This document shows, piece after piece, positions 9,888 through 18,761 of a DNA stretch of 64,000 bases; position 1 is the first letter of the stretch, and each line of letters starts with the position of its first letter. The DNA is taken from assembly GCA_965250285.1 (NCBI GenBank), contig OZ252299.1, positions 3,616,001 to 3,680,000 of the forward strand, given 5' to 3'. The notes beneath the pieces were generated by a model. The model ran no database searches. It saw only the letters and a program-made list of their open reading frames with translations, and was not told where the DNA came from. A program made the translations under genes and the position numbers. Source of the DNA: Myxococcota bacterium (GTDB lineage: Bacteria > Myxococcota_A > UBA9160 > UBA4427).

Positions 9888-10805
9888 CTACGAGATCGCC
9901 GCTTCGACCTCCGGCTCGACGGCTGCTTGCAGATCGGGAGCTTCGAGGTCTTCTCCCGGCCGTACGACCGGCGGATGGCGGGGGTCATAGCTGGGCGACG
10001 CCAGCTCCTCTGCAAACTTGGCGGACCGATTCACGAGAAACTCGATCAAGTGGTTGCGAAGCGGGTAGTAGTTCGGGTCGTGGTGCATGTCGTGTCGCGT
10101 GCGTTTCGGCGAAAGCGTATTGCCGACGAACTCACACACACGCGCATCCGGGCCATTCGTCATCAACACGATCTGATCGGACAGGAGAATGGCCTCGTCG
10201 ATGTCATGCGTGATCATGAAGACCGTCTGTTTCGTCTCGGCACAGATCGTCAGCAGCTCCTCCTGCAACGCAGTGCGCGTGAGAGCATCGAGCGCGCTGA
10301 ACGGCTCGTCGAGCAGCATGATCTGCGGCTCGATCGACATCGCGCGGGCGATCCCGACCCGCTGTTTCATGCCGCCCGAGAGCTGGGCCGGCCGTTTGTC
10401 CTCGGATCCCGTCAGACGAACCAGATCGATGTACTTCTGAGTGTGCTCGCGAATCTGGTCCTTGCCCCAGTCGGGGTGCCTCGACTTCACGGCGAATGCG
10501 ATGTTCTCGCGCGCCGACATCCATGGCATGAGGGCATGGCTCTGGAAGACCACCGCGCGGTCGAGGCTCGGGCCGGAGATCTCCCGTCCACCGACCACGA
10601 CGCCGCCCGCACTCGGTTCGTCGAGACCGGCCAGGATGTTGAGGAGCGTCGTCTTGCCGCAGCCCGAGTGCCCGATGAGACACTTGAATTCACCCGGCTC
10701 GACGGTGAACCACACATCCTCGAAGATCGCGACTTCTCCGTCGCCGTCGACCGCCGGAAACCGCTTGGCGAGCCCCTCGACGCTGATACTCGCTTGAAGG
10801 CTCAT
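9888..10805 (-). CDS. cynD: Cyanate/nitrate-type ABC transporter ATP-binding subunit
   Basis: GHSGCGKTT, LSGGMKQR, LLDEPFSALD, ITHD; lies in the cynS operon. Confidence 0.85.
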   Translation of the reverse strand: MSLQASISVEGLAKRFPAVDGDGEVAIFEDVWFTVEPGEFKCLIGHSGCGKTTLLNILAGLDEPSAGGVVVGGREISGPSLDRAVVFQSHALMPWMSARENIAFAVKSRHPDWGKDQIREHTQKYIDLVRLTGSEDKRPAQLSGGMKQRVGIARAMSIEPQIMLLDEPFSALDALTRTALQEELLTICAETKQTVFMITHDIDEAILLSDQIVLMTNGPDARVCEFVGNTLSPKRTRHDMHHDPNYYPLRNHLIEFLVNRSAKFAEELASPSYDPRHPPVVRPGEDLEAPDLQAAVEPEVEAAIS

Positions 10806-10826
10806 CGAGATCGCGACCTCAACCGT

Positions 10827-11663
10827 CTACTCCTCATAGGTCACGAAGCCGGCCACGTAGCCGAGAGACAGGTCGAGAACCATGCCGATGACGCCGATGA
10901 ACAGGATCGCGGCGATGACGTTGGTGATCGACAGATTGTTCCACTCGTTCCAGACGAAGTATCCGATGCCCGTACCACCCACGAGCATCTCAGCCGCGAC
11001 GATGACGAGCCACGCGATCCCGATCGAGATGCGCATGCCGGTCATGATCGTTGGCGCGGCCGCCGGCAGAATCACCTTCACCGCCGTCCGCCAGGGGCTG
11101 ACCTCCAGGGTGCGGGCCACGTTGATCCACTCTCGGCGCACCGAGGCGACCCCGAAGGCGGTGTTCAGCAGCATCGGCCAGATCGAGCAGATGAAGATCA
11201 CGAACACCGACGAGAGGATCGAATCCTTGATCGTGTACAAGGCCAGTGGCATCCAGGCCAGCGGCGAGATCGGCTTCAGGACCTGAATGAATGGATCGAG
11301 GGCCCGGTACATCAGGGGTGACATACCCACGACGAACCCGAGTGGCACGGCGACGAGCACTGCCAGACCGAACCCGATCAGCACCCGAATGATCGAGAAG
11401 CCGAGCTGAATGCCGATGCCCTTGTCGTTCGGCCCAGCATCGTAGAAGGGGTCGGCGACGTGCTCCCAGACCTGCTTGCCGACCTCGAGCGGGCCGGGCA
11501 TGGCCGACGCACCTTTTGCCGTCGCGCCCATGAGCGCCGCGTACTCGGGATCCATCTCGACGGTCTCTTCTTTCGACCCGACCGATGCCTCCCAGATCAT
11601 CATCGAAACCACGAAGATGACGATCGAGAGTACGTACGCCTGCAGCTTGAGCGGAGAGCTCAC
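10827..11663 (-). CDS. cynB: Cyanate/nitrate-type ABC transporter permease (NrtB family)
   Basis: PFYDAGPNDKGIG, LKPISPLAW and WLVIVAAEML motifs. Confidence 0.85.
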   Translation of the reverse strand: MSSPLKLQAYVLSIVIFVVSMMIWEASVGSKEETVEMDPEYAALMGATAKGASAMPGPLEVGKQVWEHVADPFYDAGPNDKGIGIQLGFSIIRVLIGFGLAVLVAVPLGFVVGMSPLMYRALDPFIQVLKPISPLAWMPLALYTIKDSILSSVFVIFICSIWPMLLNTAFGVASVRREWINVARTLEVSPWRTAVKVILPAAAPTIMTGMRISIGIAWLVIVAAEMLVGGTGIGYFVWNEWNNLSITNVIAAILFIGVIGMVLDLSLGYVAGFVTYEE

Positions 11664-11672
11664 GCCTCCCCC

Positions 11673-13262
11673 CTAGCTCCGCTTGATGTCGAAGCTCTCG
11701 ATGTACTCATCGGGCTTCGTCGGATCGAACCACTTGCCCATGATCTCGTAGGTCTCGTACGTCTTGGTCGGCGGCGTCGCATAGGGGCCTTCGAGCGCCA
11801 TCTCGGTCATGAGCTTCTGGGCGTCGGTTGCGAGGTACACCTGTTCCGCGACCTTCTGGTAGTCGATGTCTTCCTTGACATAGCCCCAGCGCTTCATCTG
11901 CGTGAGGATCCAGACCGCCATCGAGTTCCAGGGGAACGGGTCGAAGTCGATCCGATCGGGCACCCGTTTGATGTTGCCCAACCCGTCTGCGTACGTGCCC
12001 GTCAGCACCTGCTCCAGGACCGTGACGGGCTGATTCAGGTAGTTCTTCGGCGCGATCGCCTTGGATATCTCCTTGCGGTTCGATTTGATCGACGCGTAGT
12101 TCGTCGAATCCATGATCGACTTCCAGAGCGCCATGAACGTATTCGGGTTCTCGTTGATGAAGGCCTGACTCGCGGCGAACGCGCAGCACGGGTGCTTGTC
12201 CCAGATGTCCTTCGTCAGCAGATGAATGAAGCCGACACCGTCGTAGACCGCCCGCTGGTTGAAGGGATCAGGCGACAGGTACCCGTCGACGTTATCGGCG
12301 CGTAGGTTGGCGACCATCTCGGGCGGCGGCAGCACTCGGATCTGAATGTCGCGATCGGGGTCGAGACCATGTTCGGCGACGTAGTATCTCAGCAGGAAGT
12401 TGTGCATCGAGTACTCGAAGGGCACCGCAAACTTGAAGCCCTTCCACATCTTGGGATCGTTCTTGTCTTTGTGCTTGGTCGATAGGACGATCGCCTGCCC
12501 GTTGACGTTCTCGACCGCGGGCATGGTCCAGGGTGCGCTCGTCGAACCCGCACCGAGCGTGATCGCCAGCGGCATGGGTGTCAGCATGTGCGAGGCGTCG
12601 TACTCGCCTGACAGAGATTTGTCGCGGGAGACCGCCCAACCTGCGGTCTTGATCACTTCGACGTCCAACCCCCACTTCTTATAGAAGCCCATCGGGTGCG
12701 CCATGATGATCGGCGTCGCACAGGTAATGGGCACGAAGCCGACCTTGAGGTTCGTCTTCTCGAGCGCCCCCTTGTTTTCCATGGCAACGGCTTTCGCCTG
12801 TTCCAGCGGGAAGATCGAGCTGATTGCGGCCAGCGCCGTCCCCGACCCGACAGCGCGAAGAAAGCTACGGCGGCTGACGTCGGTCCCGAAGATGCCCTTC
12901 AGCACGGCTGACTCGACGCACCGCTCGAGCGCCGCATCCATGTCGTCGCCCGTGGGTTCGTCCGCTTCGCTCGCGAGCGACATGCTCGACGGGGCGTCGC
13001 CCGTGGCAGGGCACATGGGATCGACGCAGTCAGGATCGAGACATTCGGGCTGGCCCGCGAGCGACGCGCCCCCAGCAAACTTGATCTGTGGCGTAGGCGA
13101 GGCTCGGTCTGGCTTGACCTCTTCGCAGACGAATCTCGAAGCGGCATCCACCTCTCCCCCGGCCATCGCCATCTGATGCTCGATCAGCGAGCGGTGACGT
13201 CCACAGGGGCACCCGTTCCAGAGAAGCTTCTTGGGATCAAAGGGGTCGGCGTAGGCAGCCAC
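11673..13262 (-). CDS. cynA: CmpA/NrtA-family substrate-binding protein, probably for cyanate
   Basis: GFVPITCATP, HMLTPMP, FEYSMHNFLLRY, HPCC; internal Tat motif SRRSFL; GGAGG before GTG 13262; directly downstream of cynS. Confidence 0.85.
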   Translation of the reverse strand: MAAYADPFDPKKLLWNGCPCGRHRSLIEHQMAMAGGEVDAASRFVCEEVKPDRASPTPQIKFAGGASLAGQPECLDPDCVDPMCPATGDAPSSMSLASEADEPTGDDMDAALERCVESAVLKGIFGTDVSRRSFLRAVGSGTALAAISSIFPLEQAKAVAMENKGALEKTNLKVGFVPITCATPIIMAHPMGFYKKWGLDVEVIKTAGWAVSRDKSLSGEYDASHMLTPMPLAITLGAGSTSAPWTMPAVENVNGQAIVLSTKHKDKNDPKMWKGFKFAVPFEYSMHNFLLRYYVAEHGLDPDRDIQIRVLPPPEMVANLRADNVDGYLSPDPFNQRAVYDGVGFIHLLTKDIWDKHPCCAFAASQAFINENPNTFMALWKSIMDSTNYASIKSNRKEISKAIAPKNYLNQPVTVLEQVLTGTYADGLGNIKRVPDRIDFDPFPWNSMAVWILTQMKRWGYVKEDIDYQKVAEQVYLATDAQKLMTEMALEGPYATPPTKTYETYEIMGKWFDPTKPDEYIESFDIKRS

Positions 13263-13375
13263 GTTGTCGGATCCTCCTTGCACGTTCGACGTGCACAGTT
13301 CGACCGGTTCTGTCGGGCCGAGTCGGTCGGGGTCATTCGACCCGCTCCGTGCCTCTCAGCCCCTCTCGCCGTTGA

Positions 13376-13819
13376 CTACCAGTTTCGGTAGGGCAGGAAC
13401 TTGCCGTTGTACGTGATGACGACTCGATCGCCCTTCGGATCTTCTTCGCGTTGAATGTCGATCTCGAAGTCGATTGCACTCATGATCCCGTCGCCGAACA
13501 TCTCGTGGACGACCGCCTTCATCGATGTGCCGTAGACCTGCATGATCTCGTAGAAGCGATAGATCAGAGGATCGGTGGGGACCGATGCGTCGAGGCATCC
13601 CTTGAGCGGAAAGTCCTGGAAAGCCGATTCCGCCTCGGGAGACAAGCCGAGGAGCGCGGTGAGCTTCGACGCTTCGGCTTCGGGCATGCTCGCCTGACCC
13701 TCGATGGCAGCCGCGGCCCAGACCTTGTCGCACCCCACCGCCTCTCCGATCTGTTCGTACGTCAGCCCCTTCGCCTTCTTGGCCTCCAGCGCCAGCGTCT
13801 TCGCCTCCTGCTTGTCCAT
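13376..13819 (-). CDS. cynS: Cyanase (cyanate hydratase), 147 aa
   Basis: PTDPLIYRFYE, FGDGIMSAIDF and GKFLPY signatures; GAGGAGG RBS. Confidence 0.96.
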   Translation of the reverse strand: MDKQEAKTLALEAKKAKGLTYEQIGEAVGCDKVWAAAAIEGQASMPEAEASKLTALLGLSPEAESAFQDFPLKGCLDASVPTDPLIYRFYEIMQVYGTSMKAVVHEMFGDGIMSAIDFEIDIQREEDPKGDRVVITYNGKFLPYRNW

Positions 13820-13902
13820 GATCACGCCCTCCTCTTCGGTCAGATCGGTGCAGAGTGAGCACGCACACGACCGATTGAGTCGTCTCGCGCGCTCGTGCGC
13901 CG

Positions 13903-13949
13903 AAAAAAAGAAAGGGCGCAACTCTCCCGCATGGGAGAGAAGCGCCCTT
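13903..13949 (-). terminator. Intrinsic terminator in the cynS 5' leader (attenuator)
   Basis: Minus strand AAGGGCGC-TT-CTCTCCC-ATGC-GGGAGAG-TT-GCGCCCTT followed by TCTTTTTTT, between the promoter and cynS. Confidence 0.9.
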
Positions 13950-13974
13950 GCCTCTCGACAGCCGTGTTGGCTGC
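13937..13974 (-). promoter_or_regulatory. ANTAR-type dual-hairpin RNA element
   Basis: P1 GCAGCC-AACAC-GGCTGT (13958-13974); P2 GAGAGGC-AAGGGC-GCTTCTC (13937-13956), a hexaloop with A1/G4 and a C-G closing pair, overlapping the terminator 5' arm. Confidence 0.8.
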
Positions 13975-13992
13975 GCCACTACAGGGCTTGGT

Positions 13993-14010
13993 AAGCACGG
14001 GTCGTGCCAA
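13993..14010 (-). promoter_or_regulatory. Sigma54 (-24/-12) promoter of the cyn operon
   Basis: Minus strand TTGGCACGACCCGTGCTT, with exact GG-N10-GC spacing, directly upstream of the ANTAR hairpins. Confidence 0.85.
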
Positions 14011-14292
14011 GTCGGAGGACCGCGCAGCCGGGCAGATGAGGTGCGTGGCAAACCAAGCCGAGTTGTGCAGGATCGGTACGCCAACGGCGGCGAACTGCAC
14101 GAAGCGAGTCGACCGAATGCCACGAAGCACGATCAGACGACGATCGCGGCAGGCTTTGTGCGCTGAACGTCGCGTGGCCCCATGCACAGCGATCTGGCAA
14201 CGCCTGCTCAGAAACCATGCCGATTCGAACAGCCGCCCACCCAACCGATCGCCCCAGCCGGTGCACTCGTGCTTGCAACCTCGATGAAGCGC

Positions 14293-14310
14293 GAGGCTTG
14301 CTTCTTGCAT
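14293..14310 (+). promoter_or_regulatory. Possible sigma54 promoter for nasT
   Basis: GAGGCTTGCTTCTTGCAT has GG-N10-GC and TTGCAT, but the -24 half is imperfect. Confidence 0.35.
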
Positions 14311-14468
14311 CGGTCGCCACGTTCAATGAACCGAGTGGACATCATCGAATCGACTTGGCCTTCGACTTCGGCCGAGAAACCGGCGAGCGCGATCCATCGA
14401 GTTCGCGACGAAGGCCAAGAACGAGCGGCACGTGCCGTTCGAATTCAAGACCTTCATGGAGGCGACGT

Positions 14469-15098
14469 GTGATCAGCGACGCGGTGACGCTTCGAGTCAT
14501 GTTGATCGACGACTGCGAAGAGCGAGCCGTAGAAGTCACGAGTCTCTTGGAATCTGCGGGGTGCGAGGTGGTAGCCATCGACTCGTCGACCGAGCATCTC
14601 GAACGGACCGTGGCCCGTGTTCGCCCCGACGTCTTGATCATCGAGCAAGAGGCGCCACGCCGCGACACGCTCGAGAGCATGCAGCGGCTGACGGAACAGA
14701 ACCCCTATCCGATCGTGATGTTTGTCGACGAGACCGACCCGGATGCGATTCGCACGGCCGTTCAGGCGGGTGTGGCGGCCTACGTCGTTCGGGGACTGAG
14801 CCCCGACCGTGTCCGGCCCGTGCTCGACGTCGCCATCGCTCGGTTCGAGGAGCATCGAAACCTGCTCGAGCGACAGCACGATCTCGAGCGAGAGCTCGAC
14901 CGCGCGCAGCAGCGCCTGACCGAGCGCCGAACCATCGACCGGGCCAAGGGCCTGCTGATGGACCACCACGGGTTGACCGAGCAGGCCGCCTACGACGCGA
15001 TGAGACGAATCTCGATGGAACGCAACCTCACGATGGGCGAGGTGGCCCGCATGACGATCGAGGCGTTGGCGAATCCCGGCCCACGACGCCGAGGATGA
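14469..15098 (+). CDS. nasT: REC-ANTAR transcription antiterminator (NasT/AmiR type)
   Basis: Receiver-like N-terminus (PIVMFVD, AGVAAYVV), a coiled coil, and ANTAR motif ERRTIDRAKGLLM...AYDAMRRISM; GGAGG before GTG. Confidence 0.9.
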   Translation: MISDAVTLRVMLIDDCEERAVEVTSLLESAGCEVVAIDSSTEHLERTVARVRPDVLIIEQEAPRRDTLESMQRLTEQNPYPIVMFVDETDPDAIRTAVQAGVAAYVVRGLSPDRVRPVLDVAIARFEEHRNLLERQHDLERELDRAQQRLTERRTIDRAKGLLMDHHGLTEQAAYDAMRRISMERNLTMGEVARMTIEALANPGPRRRG

Positions 15099-15171
15099 AC
15101 GCGCGCAGGGCCGAGCCCACGCCACCGACTCTTCACGCTGGGGGCCCGCGCCCACCAATATGCGAAGCGCC

Positions 15172-17520
15172 CTAGGGTGAGGGCTCCCCGATCGGCCCAG
15201 GGGCGACTCGCTCGGCACCCGGTCTGCATCCCAGGATGGCGGCCGCCGCCGGCAGCAGCGTCACTGTCATGAGCAGCGACATCGGCAGCCCAACGAGAAG
15301 CAGCGTCGCCACGCTTTCGATGCCAGGATGTCGCGTCCACAAGAGCAAGCCGACACTCGCGCACGTGGTCGCTGTCGTGAGCAGAATGCTCGGCGCCACC
15401 GAGCCGACTGCGTCTTCGATCTGCCGCGTGCCGGGCTCGATCAATCGGTGGACGGTGTGGATGCCGTCATCGACGCCCAGCCCGAGCAAGACCGGAATGG
15501 CCACGAGCGTGATCGTATTGAAAGAGAAGCCGAACGCCGTGAGCAGGCCCACCGTCACGATCGTCGACGCCGTCACCGGTAGAAGCGCCAGCAGCACGAG
15601 TCGGGGACGCCTGAAATCGAGGAACACCATGAAGAAGATCGCGATGACCACGGCTGCGAGGATCGGCGGCAGCCAGGGGCGCTCGGTGCCGATCAGCGCT
15701 TCGTAGAGGACGTTCATCGAGGTGGCATCGGGCGCAATCGATTGGGCCACTCGACGCTCACGCGCCGCGACCCGCGAGTCGAGGGCCGGCTCGGCCGAGT
15801 AGGCATAGACGATCAGCTCACCATCGGGGCCGACGAGTCGGCTCCTCAGCACTTCGGGGAGGCCGTCGAGCTCGGGCGGCCCCTGGTTGTCGGCGACCAG
15901 CAGCATCGTGAGCGGCGTGATCGCGTCGCGGGCGCCCTCTGCAGCCGCCCCTTCGAGCTGCATGGCGGCGAGCTCCCGCTCACGCACCCGCCGCGTCAGC
16001 TCATCCGATATCCCGCCCAGCGTCGCGCGGCGCTCGTTGGCATCGGGCAGGAGGAGCGACGACAGGCTCTCGACGCGGTCGAAGGTGGGCTCGGCCTCGA
16101 AGGCAGCCGTCAGCGCGCGGGCCTCGTCGAGATCGCCGGCCGTCGCGACCCAGGGACTCGGATCGATGCCGAAGAGGTCGTGGATGCGCTGGGCCGTATC
16201 GACGGCGTCGATGTCGCGCGAGAAGACGCGTTCGAGGTTCGTCTCGTAGTGAATCTGGCCGAGTTCCTGGGCCGAGAGCGTCACGACCCCGGCGATCACG
16301 ACCAGGGTGACGATGGCGTTTCGACGACAGAGCCCCGCGACGGAGCGAAGCCAGAGCGTCGCGGGCAGACCGGGCCTGCGCGCGGGGGCAGCGCTGCGGC
16401 GTTCGATCGCACGCCACTGCGGCGGGAGCGCAGTGATGAGGAAGACGAGACACAGGATGAGCCCTACCCCGCCGGCGAACCCCAGGCGCCGAAACACCGG
16501 GTCGGGCGAGAACGCGAGAATGAAGAAGGCGCCGGCGGTCGTCGCCGCCCCCGCGACGACGCCACGACCCGTTCCGGTCATGGCCCGGTGCAGGCTCGTC
16601 TCGAAGTCCTCTCCGGCGGCGCGCTCTTCGCGCATTCTCATCAGCAGATGGATCGAGATGTCGATGCCGAGCCCGAAGACGAGTACACCGAACACCGATT
16701 CCATCAACGTGAGGCGACCGGTGACGCTCCCGATCAAGGCGAGCGTGCACCCGATGCTCAGCAGCATCGGCCACGCGATGCTGGCGAGCACGAGCAATCG
16801 CCGCTCGACGAAGAGCAGAATTGCGAGCACGAGCACGAGCGATGCAGGCCCGAGCCAGCGAAGGCGCTCGAGCGTCGCCTCGCGTTCCTGCGTCACGATG
16901 GCTGGCATGCCCGAGAATCGCGGCGTCACCCCCAGCGGCTCGACGGTTTCGCGCACGATGCGGCGAATCTCGGGATACACGTCGGCATCGAGGGCGAGCT
17001 CGAACGTGTCGTGACTCATCACGATGGTGACCAGTCGCTCACCGGGCGGTGCGCGAGGCGCCCGAAGGTCGGCCAGCGCCTCGAGCTTCGCGATCACGGA
17101 GCGGCTCGCAGTGGCGTCGGCGGGCGCTTCAGCCAGCGCGACCCACTCGTCGAAGACGTCGGCATCGACCAGATAGGGCGCACGCGCCATCAGCCAGTCG
17201 CGCGGAGGCGGCACGAGCACCTCGCGAATGTCGTCGCGGCCATCGAGCGCCAGCTGCACATCGACCACCGCGTCGTCGAGTCGATCCTCGGGCCCTTCGA
17301 GCAGCACGGGGATGATGCCGCCCAGCCCGAAGCGCTCCGAAGCGGCGAAGTAACGCTGTACCTCGCGGTTCGAGCGATCCATCACGCCCGCGAAGCTGAG
17401 ATCGACGGGCACGCGCAACGCCTGCAGCGAACACAGCGCAGCGATCAATCCACCGACGACCACCCAGCGCGGTCGGCGCTCGGTGAGCGTCGCAATCCGG
17501 TCGAGCACCGCCTCGATCAT
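15172..17520 (-). CDS. MMPL/RND-superfamily lipid transporter
   Basis: Two repeats of a TM bundle with GLGIDISIH and GLGVDDGIH motifs, and large extracytoplasmic loops. Confidence 0.85.
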   Translation of the reverse strand: MIEAVLDRIATLTERRPRWVVVGGLIAALCSLQALRVPVDLSFAGVMDRSNREVQRYFAASERFGLGGIIPVLLEGPEDRLDDAVVDVQLALDGRDDIREVLVPPPRDWLMARAPYLVDADVFDEWVALAEAPADATASRSVIAKLEALADLRAPRAPPGERLVTIVMSHDTFELALDADVYPEIRRIVRETVEPLGVTPRFSGMPAIVTQEREATLERLRWLGPASLVLVLAILLFVERRLLVLASIAWPMLLSIGCTLALIGSVTGRLTLMESVFGVLVFGLGIDISIHLLMRMREERAAGEDFETSLHRAMTGTGRGVVAGAATTAGAFFILAFSPDPVFRRLGFAGGVGLILCLVFLITALPPQWRAIERRSAAPARRPGLPATLWLRSVAGLCRRNAIVTLVVIAGVVTLSAQELGQIHYETNLERVFSRDIDAVDTAQRIHDLFGIDPSPWVATAGDLDEARALTAAFEAEPTFDRVESLSSLLLPDANERRATLGGISDELTRRVRERELAAMQLEGAAAEGARDAITPLTMLLVADNQGPPELDGLPEVLRSRLVGPDGELIVYAYSAEPALDSRVAARERRVAQSIAPDATSMNVLYEALIGTERPWLPPILAAVVIAIFFMVFLDFRRPRLVLLALLPVTASTIVTVGLLTAFGFSFNTITLVAIPVLLGLGVDDGIHTVHRLIEPGTRQIEDAVGSVAPSILLTTATTCASVGLLLWTRHPGIESVATLLLVGLPMSLLMTVTLLPAAAAILGCRPGAERVAPGPIGEPSP

Positions 17521-17542
17521 GTTCGGCGCCGGCCTGCGCGGT

Positions 17543-18541
17543 TCACCGGTCGAGCACCGCGTCGAGATCGCCCTGGGCCTCGAGACAGGCGTTGACCCCC
17601 GGCCCCTCGAAGACGACCTCGTCGTCGACGAGTCGCCTGAGCTGGACACCGACGTTCGACGTCATCGTCTCGGCCACGCGTTCGATCATCTGCTCTTCGT
17701 AGGGAGCATGCAGGATCGCGCCGTCAGACTTCTCGGCATCGACGACGAGCCGGTGCGTTCGGTTGCGAATGGCGAGATGCAGGTGGGTCTCGCTCATCTC
17801 GAGGCGTTCGAGCACGCTGCCCGTATACGTGGTGAAGCGATGCAGCTCGCCGTCGAGCAGAAACGCGATGATGTAGCCACGGAAGGTGCCGGTCAGCCAC
17901 GGGATCATCGCGACGGCGGCCGTCAGCGAGATCCCGGCGCGCGCGAAGTGATTGCTGTGCACCCACACGTATCCGGCCGGGAAGCTCCGACCCCAATCCT
18001 TCTCGACGTAGCCTCGCCCGCCACGGTAGTCGGTGGTGACGTCGTCGACCGAAAGGGTGCCGTCGAGCGCGTGGTCGAGGCTGAGGATGCCATGATTGCA
18101 TTGCATGAAGGGGACGAAGCTGTAGGGGCCCATGATCCCCGGCGAGAGCACGGTGACTGGCCATGGCTGCCAGGGGCCGAACTTCACCTCGCCCTGAACG
18201 CGCTGATCCGCACTCGAACCGCCCGGCTCGATGTCGAGGCGGATCCCCGACGTCGAGAAACGGCTGCCGGCGATCTCGATGTCGAAGCACTCACGCGCCG
18301 CGCTGAAGGCATCGATCGGAAACCGGTGATACGTCGCGGTGCCGGCCCGACCATCGAGCACCTGGATGAACGCATGGCGATCCCGACCCAGGAAGACACC
18401 GGGGATCAACGCATAGGGCTGCCGACCATCGTGGTCGACCAGCTTGACGTACCAGCCTTCGAACGGCCCGCCGCCCCGCTCGAGGAGATGGTGATAGTGG
18501 AAGACCTCCGGTCTCCAGATGTTCCGCAGACGATCGAGCAC
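17543..18541 (-). CDS. Tocopherol cyclase-like family protein
   Basis: FEGWY.K, PGIMGPYSFVPFMQCNHG and GYVEKDWGRSFP.GYVW motifs; GGAG before GTG 18541. Confidence 0.85.
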   Translation of the reverse strand: MLDRLRNIWRPEVFHYHHLLERGGGPFEGWYVKLVDHDGRQPYALIPGVFLGRDRHAFIQVLDGRAGTATYHRFPIDAFSAARECFDIEIAGSRFSTSGIRLDIEPGGSSADQRVQGEVKFGPWQPWPVTVLSPGIMGPYSFVPFMQCNHGILSLDHALDGTLSVDDVTTDYRGGRGYVEKDWGRSFPAGYVWVHSNHFARAGISLTAAVAMIPWLTGTFRGYIIAFLLDGELHRFTTYTGSVLERLEMSETHLHLAIRNRTHRLVVDAEKSDGAILHAPYEEQMIERVAETMTSNVGVQLRRLVDDEVVFEGPGVNACLEAQGDLDAVLDR

Positions 18542-18761
18542 CGGACTCCGTTGCACGCCGGGCCATCGATCGTGGGCGCGCGCGTCGTCCTTGTGATGCT
18601 GCCTGAGAGTGGATCGGTTCGGGGGCTCGACTCGCCCACGCATGCTCTCCGCCCGGCGAATGACCCGCCGCACAGCGGCCGTCGGATTCGATCGAGGCCG
18701 ATCGTGTCACGCGCGCTGCCCGCGCTGCTCGCCCGTTCGCGCCGGCGGCCCGAGAGCGATT

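Noticed and set aside
9888..13262. Calling the ABC system a nitrate (nrt) or bicarbonate (cmp) transporter
   Set aside because: Same family, but it directly follows cynS and there is no nitrate or nitrite reductase in the window. Cyanate is more parsimonious, though nitrite transport is not excluded.
14020..14280. NtrC-type enhancer sites upstream of the sigma54 promoter
   Set aside because: Several TGCAC/GTGCA half-sites exist, but I found no correctly spaced TGCAC-N7-GTGCA dyad.
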